From NCBI GenBank assembly GCA_010405405.1, contig MU004236.1:1556070-1620069 (forward strand): DNA of 64,000 nt. Direction: 5' to 3'. The notes beneath the pieces were generated by a model. It worked only from the letters and a program-made list of their open reading frames with translations. It was not told the origin of the DNA and searched no databases. Both the position numbers and the translations under genes were made by a program. Source of the DNA: Microthyrium microscopicum (Eukaryota). Below, in pieces: positions 24,071 to 36,433 of the stretch; the stretch's first letter is position 1, and each line of letters begins with the position of its first letter.

Positions 24071-27019
24071 CTATTCCACTTCTTTCCACTCACGTTCCAC
24101 TCGAGACAGATCTCTCTTCAGCAATTGACTATCTATTCCACCACTCATAAATCCATCACTTCCGTGTCTAATCAACAATCGCTGCAAGTCATCGCGCTGC
24201 CGCTTCAGATTTGTTTCCAGGGATCGTCTTTCGCTCAGTTTTCGTACCAAGTAATCCACGTCGTCGTTCTCGACTGCTCGATCCCAGACTATCTGCATGC
24301 GTGGCGAGTAAAGCTGGCAGGTAAGCTCACTTCCTCGGGCGATGGCCAGTGGCTGCGGCGTCCGAGTAAAGAGAGATGACAGTGATGGCGCAAGCTTCAA
24401 ATCCGGCCGCACCGTGTCCTCGTAGCATTCCGGACAGATGGTCAGATCTGGACAATCGGGTATATAGTGCCACACAATTCCATCGGTGATACGGTCGCGA
24501 GGGCATTCGTGCTTGGTGCTGAGACTTTTGGCCAGCTCAATTAAAGGACGGGTATCTGCTGTACCAGTCAACTTTGGCAGTCGCAAATCCCAAGAAGATG
24601 ATGTCGCCGCATGGTGTAGGTACGCTTGTGCAGCTCGGTCGTGAATGACATCGATCATATCAAGATACACTGGGAACCGCCTTGAGCTTGTGCGGAAGGT
24701 GCATAGATGCTGTGAGCGTAGAGCGTTCTGTGGAACGCGGGTGAATGCGCCGGACATGGAGGGGAATAGAGCCTCAATGTTGGCTTTGTCGCGGCTGCAG
24801 ACGAAGAAGTTGTGGATGGAGTAGAAGTTCTCATCGATTAAGGTGTACCAGGGGCCGGTTGCATGTTCGTCTTCGGAACAACGATCAAGTCTGTCCCAAA
24901 TAGCTGCGAGTTCATAGAGGAGCTTAAGGTCTTTCCGCTGCTGCTTCATCGTTAGGAGCCATGCAAGTCTTGCCCATGGGCTGCCCATATCGCAGCGAAT
25001 GGCCATTCCTGGTCGAGGTTGTGCTGGGACGAAAAACTTATGGAACTTCGACGGTCGGACAATCGCCTCCAGGCACGAAGGACAGCAATCAAAGTTGGGA
25101 TAGTTTGCCAAAGACCACCAGTCATTGTGGTGACTAGAGAACTCCCTCCTTGGACAAGGGGACAGAGATGGTGGTACTGTAGGAGCTACACTGGCGCTTC
25201 TTGGAACTGCAGCTGGGCGTAGCCGCTGTCTTGCCTCAGAATCAGAAAGAGAATTAGTCCTACTTCTTCCTCCACTTGGTCTTGATGGCTTATGTCTAGC
25301 CTCGGAAGTTCTTGTACGTGTGTTGGTAGCAGATGAGTTTGATGCATATGATGAGGCTGAAGATGTACGTTGCATCAAGGGTGCTGGGCTTTGAGTTAAA
25401 CCAATGCTATCAGATCGAAGAAAAGTGTTTGCCGATGGCATGACAACAAAGTTCTCGGCATCTGGATATGGTAAGGAGCTTCCACCCCTTCGCTGATGTT
25501 CATCAGGATATGGTAATTTACTGCTATAAGAAGAGCTTGGTGTATGATGAGCGGACCGTGGTTCTGAGATTGCGTCCCCAGAATCTCGTCGCATTGAAGT
25601 ACTCAATTTGGATGGAGCAGCTGGCTTCGAATTGATAGGTAGATTGAAGGATGGAGTTCGATGATGTCCTGTTCTTGGTGACTCCACATGAAAAGTCTCT
25701 CGCGGAGATTGAGGAGTTCCTGGTCTAGAGTCCATTCGTGGAGATGCTCGACCACTCGGTGATTCCAGCCCGCTCCTATGGGCTAGTCTCGGGGATGATG
25801 GGTAAGCTCCAGGAATCGATTCATGCCTATGTGTTTCTTTCGAATGTTCGTTATAGTAAGAATCAGATCTACTGTCATGGTGTTGAGCAGCCGGTGGATT
25901 CAAGACAGAGGCCTTGGGTGTATCGCTTCTGTCTTCGTATAGACCCAGACCTGCTGCAACACCCAGGCCTGCAGCAGCACCCAAACCGACAGCAGCACCT
26001 ACACCCGCTGCAGTCTGCCTCCTCATTGATGCTGTCGACGATTCCTTCCGTAAGGATTTTGCGAGCGGAGATGATACATCTTGACCATATTTGGCAGGAG
26101 ACACTGGCACACGATGAAAAGAAGTCCGAGGACTTCGCGTTGCATGGGAAGATCTCTTGTGAGATGCCGATTTTGGTTCTACATCGCTTGAGTCGGAAGA
26201 GTAATTCGAACGCCGATCGGAATCCTTAGAAGAACGCTTGTTGTGTTCAGGAACAACATCAGCTCGAGTTGTTCGTGTCGATCTGGGAACACTGGACGAC
26301 GTCGGAGGAGCATTCGTTTCTGGAGATAAAAAGTAATCACCAGATGTCATCCGACTTTTTGGTTCTCTTGTAAAAGAATATGGACTAGGTTTTCTTTGAG
26401 CCAACAGGTCTTCATCTTCTGTCTCAACCCTCAAAGAAGGGGTGTGGGTCTTTCTTGCCGCCTGCCTTCTTCCTCTCACTTCGCTCTTAAGGAACTCGTT
26501 TTGACTTGGTCTTTTTACGATTGGAACCGCTTCGGATACCAGCATGAATCTTGTCTCTAGGTTAACAAGCTCGATGATTAAGGGATCCTGGTCTATCGTG
26601 CCCCGGTTTTGTACATGGTTGTCTTTAGAAAAGTGTGGTCGGTATTCTTTGGAAAGTGAGACCACTTCGTCTTCTACTGATGGGCTTGGCGGCCATCTTC
26701 TTCGCTTTGAATGATCGTATTCTTGGTGATATCGAGAGGAGGATTCAAGCGGGGTACGCAACGAGCGCGAAGAACGAGATTGATGTATGCGGGGTTCCCC
26801 GTCGACGGAGAGATTGTGTCCACCTCTTGTTGAGCTTTGGTGACGGCTTCTTCCAGAGGAGCCATGGTTGGCATAATCCATCATGGATTTTCGATTGGTA
26901 GGAGAAGGGAGGCTCCGGAGGTCTTGAGTGGATGCATGGGGACGTACGTTTTGATACCTTGAGCCATGGAAACTGCGATCATGGTGTTCTCGTGACCTGT
27001 AGGCATCGTATTGTGCCAT
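24071..27019 (-). CDS. Hypothetical 982-aa protein: Ser/Arg-rich disordered N-terminus and C-terminal Cys-rich repeats
   Basis: Single long ORF; repeated CPR...W....CxxC...F...C units at the C-terminus. Confidence 0.85.
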   Translation of the reverse strand: MAQYDAYRSREHHDRSFHGSRYQNVRPHASTQDLRSLPSPTNRKSMMDYANHGSSGRSRHQSSTRGGHNLSVDGEPRIHQSRSSRSLRTPLESSSRYHQEYDHSKRRRWPPSPSVEDEVVSLSKEYRPHFSKDNHVQNRGTIDQDPLIIELVNLETRFMLVSEAVPIVKRPSQNEFLKSEVRGRRQAARKTHTPSLRVETEDEDLLAQRKPSPYSFTREPKSRMTSGDYFLSPETNAPPTSSSVPRSTRTTRADVVPEHNKRSSKDSDRRSNYSSDSSDVEPKSASHKRSSHATRSPRTSFHRVPVSPAKYGQDVSSPLAKSLRKESSTASMRRQTAAGVGAAVGLGAAAGLGVAAGLGLYEDRSDTPKASVLNPPAAQHHDSRSDSYYNEHSKETHRHESIPGAYPSSPRLAHRSGLESPSGRASPRMDSRPGTPQSPRETFHVESPRTGHHRTPSFNLPINSKPAAPSKLSTSMRRDSGDAISEPRSAHHTPSSSYSSKLPYPDEHQRRGGSSLPYPDAENFVVMPSANTFLRSDSIGLTQSPAPLMQRTSSASSYASNSSATNTRTRTSEARHKPSRPSGGRSRTNSLSDSEARQRLRPAAVPRSASVAPTVPPSLSPCPRREFSSHHNDWWSLANYPNFDCCPSCLEAIVRPSKFHKFFVPAQPRPGMAIRCDMGSPWARLAWLLTMKQQRKDLKLLYELAAIWDRLDRCSEDEHATGPWYTLIDENFYSIHNFFVCSRDKANIEALFPSMSGAFTRVPQNALRSQHLCTFRTSSRRFPVYLDMIDVIHDRAAQAYLHHAATSSSWDLRLPKLTGTADTRPLIELAKSLSTKHECPRDRITDGIVWHYIPDCPDLTICPECYEDTVRPDLKLAPSLSSLFTRTPQPLAIARGSELTCQLYSPRMQIVWDRAVENDDVDYLVRKLSERRSLETNLKRQRDDLQRLLIRHGSDGFMSGGIDSQLLKRDLSRVEREWKEVE

Positions 27020-29448
27020 GCTAAAGTTTGCAACGTCGACAGTAAAGATTCGCAGGATTTTCTAGGAGAGTCTACAGGTTGGAGTGGAAGAGTATAATAA
27101 GTATAGAATTTGTAGAAAGTGTATTATTCACAAGTGCGAGAACGCTCTGGAAGCAAGGGAGGCAACAAGCAAGTCCATGAAGATCATGCGTTGTGGAACA
27201 TGTAGCGGAACACAGTGTATGCTCTCAGCTTTCTGTGTAAGACAGTTTTACGGAATTATGGAAATCTCAACCTCAGTAGTTGACTCAACATGTCTGCTAT
27301 ATCATCCAAAACGTGCTGAGTGTCTTAGTATTAAGGAGGGTAGCAGCATTGGGGAGGCGCAGTTCGTTGCGGTCAACGACGGGCGCTATTTCACGACCTG
27401 CATATAATATATGCACCTGTGATGAAAAGAACCAGTCCCCCATGCTTTCCGAAGATCCGTTGGCCTAACAGTGTGTATTCGGACGAGAATATAATCATTT
27501 TAGCCGCATCAAAGGTACAGTTTGCGACACGCTTGAGCATGCGGCCTCGATATTATCACAGATTACTCTGGGGAGAGCACGACAATCGTCGGTTAAAAGC
27601 TGTCCGAACTACTATGCAGAACGTTCATTCGTCTAAGGAAGTACCTGCCGATATGCAGAATGATGTCTGGGGAGGTAGAAATGCTATGGGACGATCCTCT
27701 CCATTGTTCAACCTTTCATATCCACAACATAGCACACGAGTTCGATGCCGGCTTTATATTTCCCACTTTTGGAAAAAAATTGATTTAAGCGAGTGTCAAT
27801 TACTGTAAATGAAAAGCCATGTAACTCGTAAAATTCTATCTGCCGAATGCTATACTAGGTGACTCTTGTGTGTCGTTGATGCGATCCACTTTCAAATGTG
27901 ACAGTGTGAAGACTGATTGGTGACGTCTTGTAGATGAATATATGGATCCGAGAAGCGCAATGACTTGTCCCGAAATGCTTGGATAAGTCTAAGCAGTGAA
28001 GTGATAACGTAGAGGAACCTTATTCTGTCGTGCACGATTGTCATGGTACACGATATCTCAAGGTTACTCAGGAACCGTACCTAACTTTCCCTGCTTCGTT
28101 TCTTGATGCGCCGCCATTCCAACAAGGCATGAATTGTTTGCATCATACTTCGATGCCTTCAATTCATAGCTCCAAATAGCACGTAGTAGCCCAATAGCAC
28201 AAACTGCTGCTGCTAGTGATTGGTCATATTGGCCACCAAGGCAGCAATAACTCAAAGCAGTCAGCTTAGCTCTCTACCTTTTTTCCGGTGAAAAGAAGCT
28301 TTTCTCCATCAGGAAAGCATTCCAGAATCACCCATCTGATTACTGTGTCCGATATTTCCGACTAGAAAACCACGTGCTGCTTCACCCAAGTACACAAGGC
28401 GATGGCATATAGGACTCACACTCCTTCCAGATGAGGACAGCACAGCCTCAATACAGTGGTTGGCCCAAGCACGAGAAGGATGATATGCGGTGTGCAAAGG
28501 TGGCTGGAGAGCATTGCAATATCAACATGATACTTAAGGATCCTGAAGCCTCACTTGTACAGTGCAGTAAATGATGGAAGGCGCTGGTAATGTGCGATGG
28601 TAACCGACTGATGAAGCTTAAACGAAAAAAAATGAGGCTCTTGACCACACGACAGGACAGTGTATCTAATTGGTTAGCTTGCCACATGGCTAAGGCTGGC
28701 CAGATGTAACAAGGCTGAAATATCTGTTACTTGTTCAATAATCAATTGAACGACAAAATAAGTGTCACGCTTCCATCGAGTATAATATCTACCATCTGCT
28801 ACACTCTATTATCGGCTGCTTTATTTTCCTTGCCCTATGTAGAATACTCGATTGCCCATCAGATGCGCTGGGAACAAAGTACCTTTACTTTAGAGAGTGT
28901 GATGGGAGCCATCTGAGTTGAAGAGAGCGCACCATTCATTCTGTCACCTGGTTGCTGTTTTCGCAATGATCAAGACTCTTGGGCCCTAAAGAGGAGTATA
29001 TGCGGATCTGGTAAATGCCATGTGGAAATGTCCATGAGGCGTAGATCGAATTCCTGGAGATAGAAAGAATGAGCCGACAGCCCTAGGTGGGCGGTTCTAG
29101 CTCCATGAACCCTTCACGTTCTGGTGATACGTTGATGTCGACTCCGCGTTAACAACGAAACCACAAGATAGATACCTAGGTAGCAAATCGTTGTTTCTAG
29201 TGATTGAATGAACCTTCGACAATACCTAAATTAGATGTATCATGTATGTAGGCAAGGCGGGCTAATCGGAGGACAAGGCAAGTAGCCCTTTCGAAGGTGC
29301 TTCCGGCTATTGCATAATGAAGTCGCAGTACATAACCGCGGAGGATTGATCGTGATGAGCCGAGAGAAGGAAAGACACGATGCAAAGATGGGACGAAAAT
29401 AGTGGTTCGGCTCGTTAAAAGTCGGAGGGCAAAAAGGCGCTCCTTTGC

Positions 29449-29511
29449 AATCCCAGAGCTCGGATTGGCCAGGTATCTGGCTGAGTAAGACAATCACTTA
29501 GCAGTAATTGG
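29449..29511 (-). promoter_or_regulatory. Two CCAAT-N12-ATT motifs (CBC/HapX bipartite type) in the cytochrome c promoter
   Basis: Minus strand CCAAT-ccgagctctggg-ATT (29468-29449) and CCAAT-tactgctaagtg-ATT (29511-29492). Confidence 0.7.
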
Positions 29512-29698
29512 CTACTGCGGCCGACAGGAGCGACCAGCTTTCAGGATCTTGGTCGCTGCTTCCGACATGTTTTTTTCTTTCTTTGATTCCAATCTTTCCT
29601 CATCAATCTTCTAGACAACACACAATCCTCCCTTTACTCCCTCAATCTACTTCTACCACTAATCACTACATTTCCATTCTACATTTCCTACTAGCAAA

Positions 29699-30462
29699 AT
29701 GGGATACGAAGCCGGTAAGCACCTCCCTGAACATATCCGCATTTGAATCGCCTCGGAGCTCTTTGTCGATCCTTGAGCTTCAACCCTATACGCCATCACA
29801 AACAAAATGGACTCGATACTCGGGAATACAATCAAAACACGAGATCCGAGTCGCTGGGTGATTCTAAACTCGTTCCCGATCCTATTGAGTTGCGAGATTG
29901 TAGTATAGGCTGCTGAAGGCAAAAGTCGACAAACCGATTACATCACCATTATCAACAACCTCAATCAAGAACAAATCGCTAACTCCCCATTGCAGGTGAC
30001 GCAAAGAAAGGTGCTGGTCTCTTCAAGGTACGCTCATAATGCGCCAAACCCGCTAGCAAACACCAAAGCGTGACTGCGTTGCAGACACCAAACTTCAAAA
30101 CAACAGGCGCTGATAAGGAAACTAGACCCGCTGCGCACAATGCCACACCCTCGGTGCTGGTGAAGGCAACAAGATCGGACCTGAGCTTCACGGTCTATTT
30201 GGCCGCCAGAGTGGTCAAGTCGCTGGCTTTGCATACACCGATGCCAACAAGTCAAAAGGTGTCCACTGGGCCGAGGACACTCTGGTAAGAAGCAGCGCTA
30301 CATCCACCCTACCATCACACGAAAGCTGACTTTACGATCTAGTTCGACTACCTAGAGAACCCCAAGAAGTACATTCCCGGCACCAAGATGGCCTTTGCTG
30401 GTCTCAAGAAAGCCAAGGACCGGAACGATCTCATCACCTTCCTCAAGGACGCCACCAAGTAG
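29699..30462 (+). CDS. CYC1: Cytochrome c; exons 29699-29714, 29996-30027, 30126-30284, 30343-30462
   Basis: Not in the ORF track; spliced reading [62 protein letters not shown] includes the CxxCH heme motif. Confidence 0.98.
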
Positions 30463-31689
30463 ACGAGTTCTACTCTACCAAACCTAATGTAAACGCGGAC
30501 AACGACCGCTCTTACTTCTTAAAACGAACTGTGCGCTGTGTATAAGAAAGTGTTCTTCTCCCAAAACAAGATAGACAATGGCATAGAGGCGAGCGCAGGA
30601 TTTTGAGGCATATTTTTTTCCGGCTGGTTATGCGATGGAACTTGCTTTCGCGTTATTGGCGATCGTAATCGGGCTTTTGTATACATAGACAACACTGTGG
30701 CAGTAACAGATTAGACGGACTGGGTGTCATTTCTTGGTTTCGTTTGCTGGGTTACAAAATTCAATCCGGCTTCATCTCTTCTCAATGCTTCTCTTATTAG
30801 CTCAATCCCTAGATGAGCATCTTTGTCGAACGCCTGTTGTAGTATCGAAATTGAGCCCACATTTAATATGCGCGTTCACATTCATTCAAGGTTGGTGTGC
30901 CCAAATCGAACTTGGTCACGATAAATTGCCAGACCTTGAAAAAACAGTTCAATGCTCCACCGAATCATCTCCGACAATTCCCGACACTAGCACGTGTCTG
31001 CGCGTTAGTTTCGTATCCGCGCTGAGCCGCCATCCAAGCTAGCCAATCAGCATCCATGTCAAGTATTTCAGCCTCATAGGATAAGACTGACTCTGCAAAC
31101 TTCAAACTCAACCAATTCCGTCGCCCGTATACCAAATGTTAATTAAGAAAAAAACTCAATATGCCTCATATTTGGAGGAAGGGAAAGTAAGAGAATTTTG
31201 ATGCTATTGGTATCTAAACACTACGCTTTTTCAATCGATGCTGGCTTAATCCGAACAAAGTGCCCCAAACCGTCCATGGACCATAAAAAAAAACAAAAAG
31301 GGCGTACTTTCCTCGTCACGCGTTCCGGTTCATCTCACTGATCGTCGTTCCAAAAAGCAAGGTGCGAGCAAACGCTCCGTCATTGCCACTGTATTCGGAA
31401 AGGTCGATTGTAGAGAAGAACCGCGTAGAAGTGGATGCTGATGGAGGAAAGAGTTGAACAGCAACTGACGTGAAGTCGAGGAGCCGTGAGAAAGGAAAAG
31501 GTATTAAACGCCCAAACGCCTTGCTAAGAGGACTCAATATGCCGAGGGGAAAACGCGATGGGTAGTCGAAAGGGTATACGATACTGAGATTTCTGGCCGC
31601 TGTTGTAGAACAAGTGGTAGTAGTACAGCGTGAAATTTATGCCGTGGGCGATGGAGAGTTGAATTGATGCTGGGCGAAGGAAGAGTAGG

Positions 31690-33257
31690 CTAAGCACGAG
31701 GCTTTTTCCAGTAGTATTGCTAAAAGATAAACGCGTTAGATGGGAACAAGAAGATTTGTTGTAAGTTAAATGTACCTTGTGGTTTTTGCGGACTGATCGC
31801 AGACCGCTGCTGCCCATGCCATTGGTAACTGCGTCGCGACGCATTACGTTTTCATCACGTTCTGGCATGTAGTAGAATTCGTTTTCGAGTACTTTTCCTG
31901 CTGCGTCTTTACCGGAGCGAGAAATTTCGCCGATGCAGGGAATCGCGTGGACGATATCGCGAAGGATGTCGTCAGTGAGAGCTTGGTCTTGCTGGCTGGG
32001 AGATGAGGTTGGTGAATTTGACGCGTCTTTCAGATCGGCAGGGAGATTCTTGAAGATAGCAGAAATCGGGACTGCGTGTACACGAGAGAAGGCTAGCTGA
32101 TTGATTACATGGTTCTTGATGGGAGATTCATTGCGACGTTTGCGTGGTGGTGATGCCTTTTGACGTTTTGGTGATGATGATTGTTGTGGAGATCTCGACT
32201 CTGGGCCAGGTTTTCGTTTTCGTTCGGGGCTATTGGCAGAGAAAGAATCTAGACGCGAGATGATGTTGGCTCCAAAGGGGCCAAAGGAATGCACGATGGG
32301 TTCATTTTCTTCATTTTCATTGTCCGAGAGTTCAGATGACGAGGAAAATGAAGAGTTTGAGATTTTGGACACAGCAGCTGGAGGCGCATTCTCATCATTG
32401 ACGGGTTGTTGAGGAGCGTCAGATGTAGGATCCTCATATATTTGAAGCTCGGGTTGAGTTTGAGGGAATAGAGTGCGAGAGAGACGGCCGGCTGGTGAGA
32501 TGGAAACTGGCGAACGCTGTTGCACTGGTGGACTAGATGCAAATGCTTCGGTTGCAAGCTGTCGTCGACTTGGTGATGCCCATGGAGACTCGGAACGTAA
32601 TGCAGCGAGACGAGGCACAGTAGTTTCAGGCCATGCCAATATTACACGTGTGTCCATAACATCCAACATGACCTCAGCAGAAGGGTCGACTTGAATAAAC
32701 TCTTCATCCTTCTTGATCTCATGGGTACGAGCTTTGCAACGCACAGTACATCCATTCCATCCCAGGCACTTTATGACTATTTGACCAAACGCGTGATCCT
32801 GAGTCGGGGCATGATATCTGACACTGACGTGTCGACGTGATATTAGGCGATTGTATGGTAATTGGTAGTGACACGAGTTGCTCGAACGGCCCAAGTATAA
32901 GTGATCACCATTTTCGAGAATAGAGACGGTGGGAACATCACATAAGGGTGCTCGTTCTGAAAGAGTCGAGGCCGTGCGCTGCAAACCTGGTCGACGCGGT
33001 GATGAAGATGTAAGGATGCCGGTTGATGAAGTTGGGACTGGAGTGGGATAAGCAGGCTCTTGAGGAACTACATCTTCAAAACGGCGTTTTCGTGCTAGAG
33101 CTGGAGGAGAGGAAGAAATTGGCTCAAAAGCAGGTAGTAGTGCCGGACGTCGCGTGGGCTGATTTGGAGGTTGTGAGAGAGCAGAATTGGCAGATATCGT
33201 GCCGGGGACTCCCAATGGGCGGTCCATGGAGTTGGACGCGTCCGAGAAGAAGGACAT
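31690..33257 (-). CDS. TOS4: FHA-domain transcription regulator Tos4/Plm2-like; exons 33257-31776, 31719-31690
   Basis: YPTPVPTSSTGI.SSSP, FHA LGRSSNSC..ISRRHV..GWNG, NHVINQLAFSR, CIGEI.R.GKDAAGK.LE.EFYY, spliced end HKQYYWKKP. Confidence 0.88.
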
Positions 33258-33667
33258 GAAGTCGTGCAAAAGCTATTTAAAGTGATAGAATCACAAAGCA
33301 GAGAGTTTAGCAGGTTGATACTAAAGCAGACTGTGCTAACTGAGCAATATAGAAAGGTAATTGCAGAGCCGAGGAGAGTGATGATGTATGAGACGAGTAG
33401 GATCACAAAACGCAGGGTGACATAGCTTTGATAGAGCGGTAGAAGAAGAAGATTAGACGATTGAGTGGAATAGCGAGATAATAGGGAAGTCGAGGAGTAG
33501 ACGCGAGAGTACAGAAATCGAGATTGGTGAAGGAGTGGTGAATGTGGCCGGCAAGCACACAGTAATGTTGGCGTGCAAGCGTGCAAGCGTGCAACTGGGA
33601 CGCGATCTGAGGTCAAGCACAGGCTTTTTCGTGGACCGGGGCAAGCACGACAAGCATTTGCAGACTA

Positions 33668-33737
33668 CCCATCGGTTAAGAACACGCTCACCCCAGGTGA
33701 TTGGGGACAGCTCAACGCTAAGGACAGCTCAACGCTA
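33668..33737 (+). repeat. Left TIR with internal 16-bp direct repeat GGACAGCTCAACGCTA (33705-33720, 33722-33737)
   Basis: CCCATCGGTTAAGAACACGCTCACCCCAGGTGATTGGGGACAGCTCAACGCTAAGGACAGCTCAACGCTA. Confidence 0.95.
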
Positions 33738-33999
33738 GATCTATTACCACGGGCTTACCAATTAATTAATAATTCAACAACTATATAATATTATTTAATA
33801 CAACTTCTACTAAGTGTCTTTATAGTGTTAATCTACCCATAGTTTAATTTTTAGCAATTAATATTATGTTTTAAGGGGTAATCTTTATTAGTAACGATTA
33901 CGAGTTAAATACCATAAAATAAACAAATCTCTAAATTTTAACACTAAAACAAGAATATCTCTATTAAATAGATACCAAATTTTACTATAATTCTTACGT

Positions 34000-36433
34000 T
34001 TAAATCGTACAAGCTTTAGCTTTATAGATCTTAGTAGTCTAGGTAACTACTCTAGCGATCTACTCCTCCGTTATAGTATCTTCCTCTTCATCTTTATCTT
34101 CTAAACTAAAATCTATTTAACTAATTCTATTGTAGTAATTAGCTTCTACAAGATCATAACTATTTATTAACAGAGGATCTATAAAAGTAGTAGAAAGCTA
34201 TAGATTAAGAAGTATAGATTTAAATAACTTTAAAAGCGTATCTTACTTATAGTTATACTTAGAACGCAAAGAATCTATAGTATTTGAATACTATTTAAAG
34301 TAATCTCGCTATAGCCTACTAAAAGAACAATCAAGATAAAGCTATTCTTTACGCTAGTGCTTTATAAAATAATAATCCTTTTTAGCCCATGCTAAGGGCT
34401 TAGGAATTACCTTCTTCTTTATCCTAATATACCTCTTTTTAGGCTAAGATGCCTTCGCTTTAATAAGTAGTTAAGATACTTTAATAACTTTAAGCTCGTC
34501 GTCCTTTATAAGCTATTAAGATACGATTTTAAGTACGGCCTTCTGTTGTTTAGTATATTATATTAGCATGTTATTAAAGTCCTTATTAGCCTATTTAAAT
34601 AGAATCTATACTAAAGAATGTCGAAAGAACTAAGGATAGGTATAGTTAAAGAAGCATAATTAGTAAAGAAGCTACTTATTGCTAAAGTACGGCCTAATAA
34701 TGCGCCAATATAAAAGTATATCTACTAAACTAATAATATCGCGCCCTTTAACATCGCTAGAATAGATAAATTCTCCCTTTTAAACCTATTTACGAGATTT
34801 ACTTCTTATTGTCTTATCGTAGAGTCTTATAAGATAAGAATCAAAGTAATAATTGATCAGCATTATCTATAGGTTATTCTTTACTAAAATATACTTTAAG
34901 AACGTCTTTAGGTTATCTTGTCTTTACTTACGGACCTTAGGGAGTGCTAGAGATACTAAAGATCGCTACTAGCACTCGATTTCATGTACCTATTATTTAA
35001 ACCGCTTTAAATGCTATAGAGAGCTTTAAATCTTAGGTAATGCTTCTTCTTCTAGTGTTGCCTAACGCTTCCTAAATCGTTTAGTAGCAAAATTCCAATC
35101 TAGGTACGGTTAAAGCCCTTTTAAAAGATCTACAACAAGTAATCAATAAAGAACTAACATAGGATTAAATGGCACTATGCTAGTACGTCTCTAGGCTAAT
35201 TAAATATTATTTTTAGTAAAAGCTTTAGATTAAATATGCTTAATAGCTTTAAGAAGATATTATCTATTAAAGTCGACAATTCCTCAACGTATGTAAACGT
35301 CAATTTCCTCTAAATACTAGTATTTCTAAGGTTGAAAGATACTAATATCTAATAGCTAAAGAAAGTATATTAAATATAGTAGTAGAAGTAGTAATTTAAT
35401 CTTATTTAGCTCGCAGTATAGTATAAATTATAAAGTAAGATAACTCTCGTATCCATTAATTATCAAGAGCCGTTAGCAAGCTTTATTTCAAAGGTAATCC
35501 TTTAGCTAATATTGCTTTAAAAGACGTTAAAAATGCTGTATCTAGATAAATCCAAGGTAATCGTTAGCGTAACCAGAAGCTAAGACCGCTATAGAGTAAT
35601 TAGTTAGTAAATATACTCGTTTTTAGGTCTAATAACTTACTAATCGCAATATCGTCTAATTTAAGGCCATCAAACCATTTTTGCTATATAACTTTGCCCT
35701 TTATAATTAGTAAGGGATCTATAATTCTTCCTATAGCTAAACACGCCTTTATAGATATTATCTATTCCTTCTCTCCAAGAAATTCAATATAGTTAAAATA
35801 GTAGCTAAAGAACTCGCAATTATTAGGTATAACTACTACTTCACCCCTTCCAACACCAATCCACACACCTATTTCATCTATATTCTATTAGTCTTCAATC
35901 AAGATATTATATTCAGTAGTAGTTTCTTTATAATCCTCATAAAAGCGCTTAACATCGTTCCTATTTATAGCTTGCTTCCTTATAGCTTTAATGACAGGTT
36001 AAAATCACGAAGCAAATTTACTACGCTTTAGCTAACGGCGTGTCCATTTAAATCTAACCTAAGGTTATTCTTTAAAAGGAATTATATCCAAATCTTTAAT
36101 ATCTTATTATAATAACTTACTAGTAGCCTTCTAGATCAACTTAAGGCAAATAGAAATATAAATTTTAGCTATTAAATTAAGATATTAGATAAGCGCGCTT
36201 TCCTCTTCTTTAGAGAGCTTTTAGTTAATTTTAGCACGCTATAAGCGCAATTTTAATAATTTAAGGTAGTAGCGCCGTATTTAATCAAGCTATAAAGGAG
36301 CAAATTTCTCTACGAGTCGAGTCCATATTATCTCAAAGTATTTATGCTAGAATTTAATAATATCTTTAAGTAAACGTTCTTTAGTAGCGTACTACTTATA
36401 TTTCTGCTTCTTTAGAATCAATTTTAGAGGCAT
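34000..36433 (-). pseudogene. DD35D Fot1-type transposase pseudogene with a 52-nt intron (35640-35589); 3' end approximate
   Basis: ATG at 36433 in frame with N*KLSKEEESAL (HTH), KWTRR*LKR, NIDEIG (D1 35878), SGYAND, RLLIINGYESY (D2 35457, GAT>AAT), L*LLDISIFQP (D3 35349) and FTKNNI*LA*RRTSIVPFNP; stops explainable by C>T/G>A changes. Confidence 0.9.

Noticed and set aside
31524..31775. Extended hydrophobic C-terminus of Tos4 in the ORF track
   Set aside because: Read-through of intron 31775-31720; the spliced end QYYWKKPRA is the conserved one
33668..33737. Direct repeats as a CRISPR-like array
   Set aside because: Only two adjacent 16-bp copies inside a TIR, no spacers, eukaryotic context
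33573..33788. Small ORFs sharing YPSVKNTLTPGD at both transposon ends (also 36879-37076)
   Set aside because: Translations of the TIRs, not genes
35457..35878. Apparent frameshift between transposase D1 and D2
   Set aside because: Resolved exactly by a 52-nt canonical intron
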